DNA from: an uncultured Gammaproteobacteria bacterium
GTDB lineage: Bacteria > Pseudomonadota > Gammaproteobacteria > Chromatiales > Chromatiaceae
Assembly (NCBI GenBank): GCA_963801985.1
Contig: CAWDGV010000002.1
Coordinates: 152,037 to 176,036, forward strand
DNA: 24,000 bases
Reading direction: 5' to 3'
Shown: in pieces, positions 1-7,369 of the stretch
How positions within the stretch are numbered: the stretch's first letter is position 1
Layout: each line of letters opens with the position of its first letter
The notes under the pieces: model-generated
Seen by the model: the letters and a program-made list of their open reading frames with translations, nothing else
What the model was told of the DNA's origin: nothing
Databases searched by the model: none
Translations under genes and position numbers: made by a program

Positions 1-297
1 TGTCTGTTCTGTCAGGTAAGGCTTGATCGCCGTGATTACCGGGGAAAAGGCGTGGCTGGGTACTACAACCAGGACTTCATCGGCATCCTTAAGACATGAG
101 ATGAGGTCGGCTTCGGGCTGCAGATTGCCGGGAAAGGGATAACCGGGAAGAAATTCACGGTTTTGACCATCCGCTTTCATCTGCTCAATATGCTCGGGCA
201 AATGCCCCCACAGGCTAACCTGGAGCTTGTGTCGTGCCAGTTGTAACGCCAGTGCTGTTCCCCAGGAACCGGCACCTATTACTGCGATTTTCTGCAT
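1..297 (-). CDS. gpsA: NAD(P)H-dependent glycerol-3-phosphate dehydrogenase, N-terminal 99 codons. The gene continues beyond the window start.
   Basis: The reverse complement from 297 translates without stops as MQKIAVIGAGSWGTALALQLARHKLQVSLWGHLPEHIEQMKADGQNREFLPGYPFPGNL...VLVVVPSHAFSPVITAIKPYLTEQT. It has a GxGxxG Rossmann motif and the VVVPSH block typical of GpsA. The secB-gpsA adjacency matches E. coli. It is absent from the ORF track because it is truncated by the window edge. Confidence 0.85.
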   Translation of the reverse strand, partial: MQKIAVIGAGSWGTALALQLARHKLQVSLWGHLPEHIEQMKADGQNREFLPGYPFPGNLQPEADLISCLKDADEVLVVVPSHAFSPVITAIKPYLTEQT

Positions 298-324
298 AAT
301 GACGAATTACAAAAAGTCAGGCTA

Positions 325-798
325 TCAGTGTTGAGCGGCCTTGGCCTGCTGCTGTTGCATCTGCTGGGCAAACAAGGCTTCGAAATTGATTGGTGCCAGT
401 ACCAGTTGCGGGAAACTGCCCTTGTTGACCAGGTCAGAAACAACTTCCCTTGCATATGGGAACAAAATGTTTGGACAGGTAATACCAAATACCGGTGCCA
501 GCTGGTTATCCTCGAGCCCCTTGATGGTAAAGATACCCGCCTGGTGCACTTCGGCAAGATATGCCGTTTTATCTTTATTTTTGATAGTGACGGTGAGCTT
601 AAGCACAACCTCAAAGGTATTATCAGAGAGTTTTCTGGTTTCTGTGCCCAGGTTCAGGTCCATGTTGGGCTTCCATTCACCGGTGAATACTTCAGGTGAA
701 TCGGGTGTTTCAAAGGAAATATCCTTGGTGTAAACCCGCTGGATACCAAGTTCAAGTTTAGGCTGGACAGGTTGTTCTTTAGCTTGTTCTTCACTCAT
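325..798 (-). CDS. secB: Protein-export chaperone SecB
   Basis: This is a 157-aa ORF. The sequence [16 protein letters not shown]...[11 protein letters not shown]...[36 protein letters not shown] is characteristic of SecB. The gene sits immediately upstream of gpsA. Confidence 0.95.
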   Translation of the reverse strand: MSEEQAKEQPVQPKLELGIQRVYTKDISFETPDSPEVFTGEWKPNMDLNLGTETRKLSDNTFEVVLKLTVTIKNKDKTAYLAEVHQAGIFTIKGLEDNQLAPVFGITCPNILFPYAREVVSDLVNKGSFPQLVLAPINFEALFAQQMQQQQAKAAQH

Positions 799-814
799 GT
801 GTTGAATATCCGTT

Positions 815-1237
815 TTATTTTTTTGTGGTTACAGGCAGGTTTTCACTTTGCCAGCCAAGAATGCCACCTTTCAGATTGTGAACATCTTCAAAGCCTTCCT
901 TAAGCAGCTGCTTGCATGCAACTGAAGACTGCGCGCCAGAGCGGCAACTTATGATAATCGGACGGTTTTTGTATTTGTTCAGTTGATTGATTTGATTGGC
1001 GATATTGCTGGCCGGAATATTGATGGCATTGATAATATGACCCTTGGAAAAATCAGCAGCAGGGCGTACATCGATCACGACTGCATCCTTGTGATTAATC
1101 ATTTCCGTAGCCTGTACAGCGGTGATGTTGCCTTTATTTCCGGCAAGCAGGTTCTGAATTAACAACAAAATTGCAATGACCAGAGCGGTAATCAGCAGCA
1201 TGTGATTACCGGAAAATTCGATTACTTGTTCAATCAT
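815..1237 (-). CDS. yibN: Membrane-anchored single-domain rhodanese (sulfurtransferase), YibN-like
   Basis: This is a 140-aa ORF with an N-terminal hydrophobic helix ([20 protein letters not shown]). A rhodanese domain follows, with a canonical active-site loop C-R-S-G-A-Q-S ([12 protein letters not shown]). The position upstream of secB matches E. coli yibN. Confidence 0.8.
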   Translation of the reverse strand: MIEQVIEFSGNHMLLITALVIAILLLIQNLLAGNKGNITAVQATEMINHKDAVVIDVRPAADFSKGHIINAINIPASNIANQINQLNKYKNRPIIISCRSGAQSSVACKQLLKEGFEDVHNLKGGILGWQSENLPVTTKK

Positions 1238-1300
1238 AAAGGGTACCTGGTTTGATGATTGGGGTCAGAGCTTTGACCGGTGGTTTCAAGTAATGAAATT

Positions 1301-1648
1301 TTATTCGTTCATGCAGAAAACGTCACGCATCATTGAAATAAGTTTCAAGGTACGTGAATCGCCGACTTTATAGTAGACACGGTTGGCATCTTTGCGTGAA
1401 TTGAGAATGCCCTTATCACGTAAAATGGCAAGGTGCTGGGAAATATTACTTTGTGAAGTACCGACCTGCTCGACGATGTCCTGCACACTGACTTCCTGGT
1501 CGCCCAGAGTGCAGAGAATTTTAAGTCGCAAGGGGTGTGACATCGCTTTCAGGGAGCGCGAAGCTCTTTCTATATCAGCATCACCGCTCAACAGCTGCTC
1601 AACGGAACCAAATTCAGTATTAAGAATAGGATTGTCAGGGTTATTCAT
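1301..1648 (-). CDS. ArsR/SmtB-family transcriptional regulator of the YgaV/BigR/SqrR (two-cysteine, persulfide-sensing) type
   Basis: This is a 115-aa ORF. LKAMSHPLRLKILCTL...SNISQHLAILRDKGIL...RVYYKV matches the ArsR winged helix-turn-helix. Its only two cysteines are C46 (ILC) and C112 (VFC), 66 residues apart. That is the same spacing as BigR C42/C108 and SqrR C41/C107. Confidence 0.8.
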   Translation of the reverse strand: MNNPDNPILNTEFGSVEQLLSGDADIERASRSLKAMSHPLRLKILCTLGDQEVSVQDIVEQVGTSQSNISQHLAILRDKGILNSRKDANRVYYKVGDSRTLKLISMMRDVFCMNE

Positions 1649-1684
1649 ATTTCTGTACCGCTTTTTACCCTAATATTAGTAGTA

Positions 1685-1699
1685 TATTATTGAATAATA
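1685..1699. promoter_or_regulatory. Perfect 7-1-7 inverted repeat TATTATTgAATAATA, a candidate operator for the ArsR-family regulator
   Basis: The repeat lies 37-51 bp upstream of the regulator ATG (1648), in an AT-rich stretch. The same stretch holds the 10-bp palindrome CTAATATTAG (1670-1679) and -10-like hexamers (TAATAT, TATACT on the minus strand). ArsR/SmtB repressors typically bind AT-rich dyads that overlap their own promoter. Confidence 0.3.
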
Positions 1700-1929
1700 C
1701 AGTGTTTATGCCACGGAGTGAATCGGTTGCTGATGCGATCTGCATCACGATTTTGAACAGTCTGTCATGAGGCATTGTTCGTCCCTCCCCTTTCAGCGGT
1801 TAATGCGCTGGATTTAGATAACGGCGCATGATTTAATACTCGTAATTTCAATGATTTAGCGTTTACATGCAGTAAGTCAGGCAGATACATCTGCCGCTAA
1901 ATGTAAATGCCCGGGAATAAATAAAATAG

Positions 1930-3483
1930 ATGTCTGGAAAAGTAAAAACTGTTGTTTTGTTGATCCTTGATGGCTGGGGAAATAGCGACAAAAAGGAATT
2001 TAATGCGATCTATGCTGCCAAAAAGCCGGTATTTGATCGTTTGTGGAAAGGTAATCCCCGCACAGAGATTTCTACATCCGGCTCTTCTGTCGGTCTGCCT
2101 GCAGGCCAGATGGGCAACTCAGAGGTTGGTCATCTGAACCTGGGAGCCGGGCGAGTGGTTTACCAGGAAATTACCCGAATCAGTCGTTCAATCAAGACAG
2201 GTTCTTTTTTCGAGAACCGAACCCTTACCGATGCCGTGGACCTGGCAGTGGAAAACAATAAGGCCGTCCATGTTGTCGGGTTACTTTCGCCAGGCGGAGT
2301 TCACAGTCATGAAGATCATATTCATGCCCTGATAAAACTTGCAGTGGATCGCGGTGCAAAAGAAGTTTACCTGCATGCTTTTACCGATGGTCGTGATATG
2401 CCGCCCAAAAGTGCAGAGGCCTCCCTGGTTAAAACGCAGCAGGTTTTTGATGAACTCGGTAAAGGACGGCTGGTAACCATGGTCGGGCGGTATTTTGCAA
2501 TGGACCGGGATCATCGTTGGGAGCGGGTTCAATGTGCCTACGATCTGATGATTGAGGGCAAGGCGAAGTTCGAAGCGCCGGATGCACTGACAGCACTGCA
2601 GATGGCTTATGAACGCGGTGAAACGGATGAATTTATCAAGCCGACCCGTATTGGTGAGCCCGCTCCTATCAGTGATGGCGATGTTGTTATCAATATGAAT
2701 TTCCGTTCAGATCGCGCCCGCCAGATAACCCGGCCTTTTATAGAGCTGGATTTTGATGGGTTTACCCGTGACACGCTGCCCAGGCTGGCAAGCTATGTCA
2801 CGCTCACCGAGTATAACCGGGAGTTTGATATCCCCGTGGCTTTCCCGCCGGAGCGCCTGAGTAATGTATTTGGTGAATATATTTCCAGGCTGGGTATGCG
2901 CCAGTTAAGGCTGGCGGAAACTGAAAAATATGCACATGTCACTTTTTTCTATAATGGCGGCCTTGAAGTCCCATTCGAAGGAGAAGACCGTATTCTGGTG
3001 CCTTCGCCGCAGGTTGCCACTTATGACCTCATGCCGGAAATGAGTGCGCACCAGCTGACAGATGACCTGGTTGATGCGATCGACAGCGGAAACTACGACA
3101 CTATTATCTGTAACTACGCCAATGGCGACATGGTTGGGCATACCGGTAATTTTGATGCTGCGGTGTCTGCGATTGAAACGCTGGATCAGTGTCTTGGCAG
3201 GGTCGTGCAGGCAATACACCGTACAGATTCGGAAATGCTGATAACCGCTGATCACGGTAATGCCGAACAGATGATGGATGCAAACTTTGACCAGCCGTAT
3301 ACCGCGCATACGACAAACCCGGTACCCCTGATTTACGTCGGCAAAAGGGAGGCAACGTTACTGGATAATGGTGCTTTGTGTGATATCAGCCCGACAATAT
3401 TAAAAATGATGGGCCTGAAAGTCCCGACTGAAATGTCAGGCCGGGCATTAATCGAGTTTGATGGAGAAACAGTAAACAACTGA
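1930..3483 (+). CDS. gpmI: 2,3-bisphosphoglycerate-independent phosphoglycerate mutase
   Basis: This is a 517-aa ORF. The motifs LLILDGWG, GNSEVGHLNLGAGRVVYQ, HAFTDGRD and ITADHGNAE are diagnostic of iPGM. Confidence 0.95.
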   Translation: MSGKVKTVVLLILDGWGNSDKKEFNAIYAAKKPVFDRLWKGNPRTEISTSGSSVGLPAGQMGNSEVGHLNLGAGRVVYQEITRISRSIKTGSFFENRTLTDAVDLAVENNKAVHVVGLLSPGGVHSHEDHIHALIKLAVDRGAKEVYLHAFTDGRDMPPKSAEASLVKTQQVFDELGKGRLVTMVGRYFAMDRDHRWERVQCAYDLMIEGKAKFEAPDALTALQMAYERGETDEFIKPTRIGEPAPISDGDVVINMNFRSDRARQITRPFIELDFDGFTRDTLPRLASYVTLTEYNREFDIPVAFPPERLSNVFGEYISRLGMRQLRLAETEKYAHVTFFYNGGLEVPFEGEDRILVPSPQVATYDLMPEMSAHQLTDDLVDAIDSGNYDTIICNYANGDMVGHTGNFDAAVSAIETLDQCLGRVVQAIHRTDSEMLITADHGNAEQMMDANFDQPYTAHTTNPVPLIYVGKREATLLDNGALCDISPTILKMMGLKVPTEMSGRALIEFDGETVNN

Positions 3484-4646
3484 TGAAATTTCATCATTTA
3501 ACTGTTTTTTTAACTGGCATTTTATGTGGCAGCGGTTTTTCCTGTACTGTATTTGCAGAATCCAGGGGCGGCCAGGAGCAGAAGCTTGAGCAGATAAAAA
3601 GCGAGATTACACAGCTTTCGAGCAAGCTTGAACTCGATAAAAAGACCCGCAGGCTGTTAACTGAAGAGCTGTCCAGAACGGAACGTGAAATCGGCAAACT
3701 GGGCCGTTTTATTCATCATCTCCAATCTTCCATTGAGCGCCTCGACCTGGACTTGAAGGGGCTGTCTGCACAGAAAATGGAAAAGCAGCGCGCCCTGGGT
3801 TTTCATAAAGAAAAGTTACGCTCGCTGGTTTTATCTGCCTATGCAAGCGGCCGGCAGGAGCGCCTCAAGCTTTTCCTTAATCAGCAGGATCCTGCGGTGA
3901 TGAACCGGATTCTGACTTATTACGATTATTTTAATCGTGAACGTATCAAGCAAATTGAAGAGGGCAACCGGCTCATCAGTCAACTTCAGCAGACAGAAAC
4001 AGAGATCGGTGAGAAAAAACTGGCCCTGGATGAGAGTTACCAGGAAAAGAACCGCCAGCTGGAAATCATGCACCAGGCCAAACAGTCGCGCTCAAACCTG
4101 GTTGCCAAACTTGATGCAGACATCAAGGGTAAGGCGCGTAGCTTGCAGCAATTGCAAGAAGATGCCGAATCTTTACAAAAACTGCTGGTAGAAATCCAGC
4201 AGCAGAAACAATTGAAACAGCAGCAACGAAAGAAGAAGTTCGCTTCTTTGAAAGGCCGATTGCCGTGGCCGGCTTCGGGTTATCTCAGTAAATCTTTTGG
4301 TTCAGCAAAAACTGGCGGTGTATCCTGGGATGGTGTATTTATCACTGCACCGGAAGGTCGGGAAGTACGGGCAATACATCATGGTCGGGTAGCTTATTCT
4401 GACTGGTTAAGAGGTTATGGCCTGCTGATGATTATTGATCATGGTGATGGCTTTATGACGCTATATGGCCATAATCAGAGTTTGTTCAAGGAAGTCGATG
4501 AGTGGATAGATGCTGGTGAGCCGATTGCGCTGATGGGCAATAGCGGAGGGCAGAAATATTCAGGGCTTTACTTTAGTATCAGGAAAGACGGTAAGCCAAC
4601 CAACCCGAAAAAATGGTGTCGCAAGATCAAGGGCCGGAAACTCTAG
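3483..4646 (+). CDS. envC: Murein hydrolase activator EnvC-like protein (coiled coil plus LytM/M23 domain)
   Basis: It has a signal peptide and a long Q/E/K/L-rich coiled coil. The C-terminal M23-type domain reads GVFITAPEGREVRAIHHGRVAYSDWLRGYGLLMIIDHGDGFMTLYGHNQSL. The start overlaps the gpmI stop (TGATG). The gpmI-envC-yibQ synteny is conserved. Confidence 0.85.
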   Translation: MKFHHLTVFLTGILCGSGFSCTVFAESRGGQEQKLEQIKSEITQLSSKLELDKKTRRLLTEELSRTEREIGKLGRFIHHLQSSIERLDLDLKGLSAQKMEKQRALGFHKEKLRSLVLSAYASGRQERLKLFLNQQDPAVMNRILTYYDYFNRERIKQIEEGNRLISQLQQTETEIGEKKLALDESYQEKNRQLEIMHQAKQSRSNLVAKLDADIKGKARSLQQLQEDAESLQKLLVEIQQQKQLKQQQRKKKFASLKGRLPWPASGYLSKSFGSAKTGGVSWDGVFITAPEGREVRAIHHGRVAYSDWLRGYGLLMIIDHGDGFMTLYGHNQSLFKEVDEWIDAGEPIALMGNSGGQKYSGLYFSIRKDGKPTNPKKWCRKIKGRKL

Positions 4647-4675
4647 TCCAAAGTCATAAACAGGAAAATTACAGC

Positions 4676-5986
4676 ATGAAAAAATTAATTCGCGGGCCAA
4701 TCTTGATAGCTGTCTTCGCAATGTTCAGCCTGATGCCTGTACATGCACAAGAAGACGCTACTGCAGAACAAGAGGGCAATAGCAGTTTGCCGCTTGAGCA
4801 ACTGCGCATTTTTTCCCAGATATTTGGACGTATCAAGAAAGACTATGTTGAACCGGTGGATGACAAGCAGTTGCTGGTCGATGCTATCAAGGGCATGTTG
4901 GTAGGACTTGATCCGCATTCGGCTTACCTGGATGCCGAAGACTTTAAAGACCTGCAGGAAGGGACAACCGGAGAGTTTGGTGGACTGGGGATTGAAGTCG
5001 GTACTGAAGATGGTTTTATCAAAGTGATTTCTCCTATTGATGATACGCCTGCGCAACGAGCCGGTATCAAGGCCGGTGACCTGATTACCCGCATCGATGA
5101 CAAGCCCGTTAAGGGCATGAGCCTGGATGAGTCAGTGAAAATGATGCGTGGCAAACCGGGAACAAAGATCGAACTGACGGTCATGCGTGAAAATGAGGAA
5201 AAGCCGCTGACCATTGACATCATCCGGGATGTGATAAAAGTGGTCAGCGTTAAGCACAGGGTGCTTGATGACAGGTTTGGTTATATTCGTATCTCCCAGT
5301 TCCAGGCGAGAACCCCGGAAGACCTGCTGAAGGCTTTAAGCAAGCTTAAACAAAAACTCAATGGCGAGATTCCCGGCCTGATTCTCGATTTAAGAAATAA
5401 CCCGGGCGGTGTGCTAAATGCCGCAGTATCAGTCAGTGATACATTTCTCGAAGAAGGATTGATTGTCTACACTAAGGGTATTGCGAAAGATTCCCGGATG
5501 GAGTTCAAGGCGGCTCCGGATGATGTCCTCGATGGCGCACCCCTGGTGATACTGGTGAATATTGGCTCTGCATCTGCATCGGAAATTGTTGCCGGTGCCT
5601 TGCAGGACCATAAACGGGCCGTGATCATGGGCAGCCAGACTTTTGGTAAAGGCTCAGTGCAAACCATTGTGCCAATTACAGATACAATTGCCATCAAGTT
5701 GACAACAGCTCGTTACTATACGCCATCAGGTCGTTCCATCCAGGCAGAAGGAATCACACCAGATATTGAGCTTGAAGCACTAAATGTTACCAGTGTCGAG
5801 GAAAATAAAGCGCATCGTATGAAAGAGGCTGACTTGATGGGACATCTTGAAAATGACGGGCAGTCCTCAGAGCAGGAAGGTGAACAGGATAATAAAGAAG
5901 ACAACTCACTGGCCGAAAAGGATTATGAACTGAGTGCTGCATTAAACCTGCTTAAAGGTTTGGTGCTTTATAATCCAAGGAATTAA
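4676..5986 (+). CDS. ctpA: Carboxy-terminal processing protease (peptidase S41) with a PDZ domain
   Basis: The protein contains GGLGIEV, a PDZ segment (SPIDDTPAQRAGIKAGDLITRIDDKPV), LDLRNNPGG and the catalytic GSASASEIVAGALQD...FGKGSVQ. I chose the ATG at 4676 because translation then starts with a signal peptide (MKKLIRGPILIAVFAMFSLMPVHA) and an AGGA lies 10 nt upstream. The 4613 start in the ORF track would overlap envC by 34 nt. Confidence 0.9.
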   Translation: MKKLIRGPILIAVFAMFSLMPVHAQEDATAEQEGNSSLPLEQLRIFSQIFGRIKKDYVEPVDDKQLLVDAIKGMLVGLDPHSAYLDAEDFKDLQEGTTGEFGGLGIEVGTEDGFIKVISPIDDTPAQRAGIKAGDLITRIDDKPVKGMSLDESVKMMRGKPGTKIELTVMRENEEKPLTIDIIRDVIKVVSVKHRVLDDRFGYIRISQFQARTPEDLLKALSKLKQKLNGEIPGLILDLRNNPGGVLNAAVSVSDTFLEEGLIVYTKGIAKDSRMEFKAAPDDVLDGAPLVILVNIGSASASEIVAGALQDHKRAVIMGSQTFGKGSVQTIVPITDTIAIKLTTARYYTPSGRSIQAEGITPDIELEALNVTSVEENKAHRMKEADLMGHLENDGQSSEQEGEQDNKEDNSLAEKDYELSAALNLLKGLVLYNPRN

Positions 5987-6016
5987 CCGGCTTCCCGGTG
6001 AGAAGCACAAAAGAGC

Positions 6017-6847
6017 ATGCTAAGACTTATAAATAAATTTCTATCTGTTGTTGGTATCAGTTTGCTGCTGTCAGTATTGGCTATAGCATCTGAACCTGAC
6101 AGGCCCGCGCTAATTTCGCTGATTATCGATGATATCGGCAACAGTCCTGAATCCGGGCTGGCGGCCCTGGAGTTGCCAGGTGACCTGGTCTATTCATTTT
6201 TGCCGAATACCCCTTATGCAACGTTGCTGGCTGAAATGGCCCACGAAAAAGGCAAGCAGGTGATGCTGCACATTCCCATGGAGGCAGAGCATCACAAAGA
6301 GCTGGGGCCAAATGGGTTACTGTTAAACATGACAGAGCCTGACTATAAGGCGGCACTTGACCAGGCGCTGCAATCTGTACCACACGCAGTTGGAATAAAT
6401 AACCATATGGGTAGCTTGCTGACACAGCATCAACAGCCGATGAAATGGTTAATGGATGTTTTGCTTCAACACCAGCTTTTTTTCCTCGATAGCCGCACTA
6501 CGGTAAAAACTGTTGCCCAGCAAACCGCAGCCGATATGGGTGTCAAAACTTTTCGCCGGGATGTGTTTCTGGATAATTCCAGGAACCAGGAGGATATTCT
6601 TAAACAGTTTAACCGGTTGATCAGCCTGGCTAAGCACAAAGGTTTTGCAACAGGCATTGCGCACCCCTATCCGGAAACATTGGCAGTATTAAAAGAACAA
6701 ATTCCAGCGCTGCAGGCTAAAGGCATCAAGCTGGTTTTTGCATCAGAATTTCTCGAGCAATACACGCTTAAAGACCAGGAATTGACTCAAAGGAGTGCCT
6801 TATGGCCCGCGTCCTCGTCCCCCTCGCACAAGGTTGCGAAGAACTAG
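6017..6847 (+). CDS. yibQ: Divergent polysaccharide deacetylase family protein (YibQ)
   Basis: It has a signal peptide, then LIIDDIGN...FLP...MLHIPME...NNHMGS..., the typical YibQ-family motifs. It occupies the conserved position after envC/ctpA. Confidence 0.8.
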   Translation: MLRLINKFLSVVGISLLLSVLAIASEPDRPALISLIIDDIGNSPESGLAALELPGDLVYSFLPNTPYATLLAEMAHEKGKQVMLHIPMEAEHHKELGPNGLLLNMTEPDYKAALDQALQSVPHAVGINNHMGSLLTQHQQPMKWLMDVLLQHQLFFLDSRTTVKTVAQQTAADMGVKTFRRDVFLDNSRNQEDILKQFNRLISLAKHKGFATGIAHPYPETLAVLKEQIPALQAKGIKLVFASEFLEQYTLKDQELTQRSALWPASSSPSHKVAKN

Positions 6848-7359
6848 AAGCAGTAACCATTATTGATTTGTTACGTCGTGCCGGAATCGAGGTCGTGACG
6901 GCCTCACTGGATAGTGACGTTATTGTAGCCAGCCGTGGTGTCAGGTTGATAGCGGATGCCTTGCTGGATGAGGTACTGGATGATGATTATGACATGATCG
7001 TGTTACCTGGCGGTTTGCCGGGTGCTGATCATCTGGATAATGATGTACGCATTCACACCTTGTTAAAGCGCTTGCATGAACAGGGAAAATACACGGCTGC
7101 AATCTGTGCAGCACCCAAGGTACTGGCCAATGCAGGTCTGCTCGAAGATAAACAGGCGACCAGCTATCCGGGCTTTATTGATAAAATGAATCTGCCCAGA
7201 ACTCAAGTTCTGACGTTACCTGTCGTTACTGATGACAAGGTCATCACTTCAAGAGGACCGGGAACCGCGATGGATTTTGCTTTGGAACTTATTGAAAAGC
7301 TGGCAGGTCCTGAGCAGAGACAGGTGGTTGAAGCGTCTTTAATGCGTCCACACCCATAG
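6802..7359 (+). CDS. DJ-1/PfpI family protein (YajL/ThiJ-like)
   Basis: This is a 185-aa ORF. The sequence VLVPLAQGCEELEAVTIIDLLRRAG...IVLPGGLPGA...AAICAAPKVLA includes the nucleophile-elbow Cys (AICAAP). AAGGAG lies 8 nt upstream of the ATG at 6802. Confidence 0.85.
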   Translation: MARVLVPLAQGCEELEAVTIIDLLRRAGIEVVTASLDSDVIVASRGVRLIADALLDEVLDDDYDMIVLPGGLPGADHLDNDVRIHTLLKRLHEQGKYTAAICAAPKVLANAGLLEDKQATSYPGFIDKMNLPRTQVLTLPVVTDDKVITSRGPGTAMDFALELIEKLAGPEQRQVVEASLMRPHP

Positions 7360-7369
7360 GGTTGTAAAA

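Noticed and set aside
279-733. ORFs of 111-130 aa overlapping secB in other frames (279-614 minus, 328-699 plus, 341-733 plus).
   Set aside because: SecB accounts for this DNA with a full-length, conserved translation. The others are Cys/Ser/Leu-rich noise.
1670-1700. An AT-rich stretch (GTATATTAT core) that superficially resembles a dif site, of interest because xerC is in the window.
   Set aside because: Only the 9-nt GTATATTAT core matches. The left arm lacks the conserved GCGCATAA, and the right arm matches TTATGTTAAAT at about 6 of 11 positions. The location in a promoter next to an ArsR-type regulator fits an operator better.
4613-4675. An upstream ATG extension of the ctpA ORF.
   Set aside because: It would overlap envC by 34 nt and add 21 residues ahead of an obvious signal peptide. 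The ATG at 4676 is preferred.
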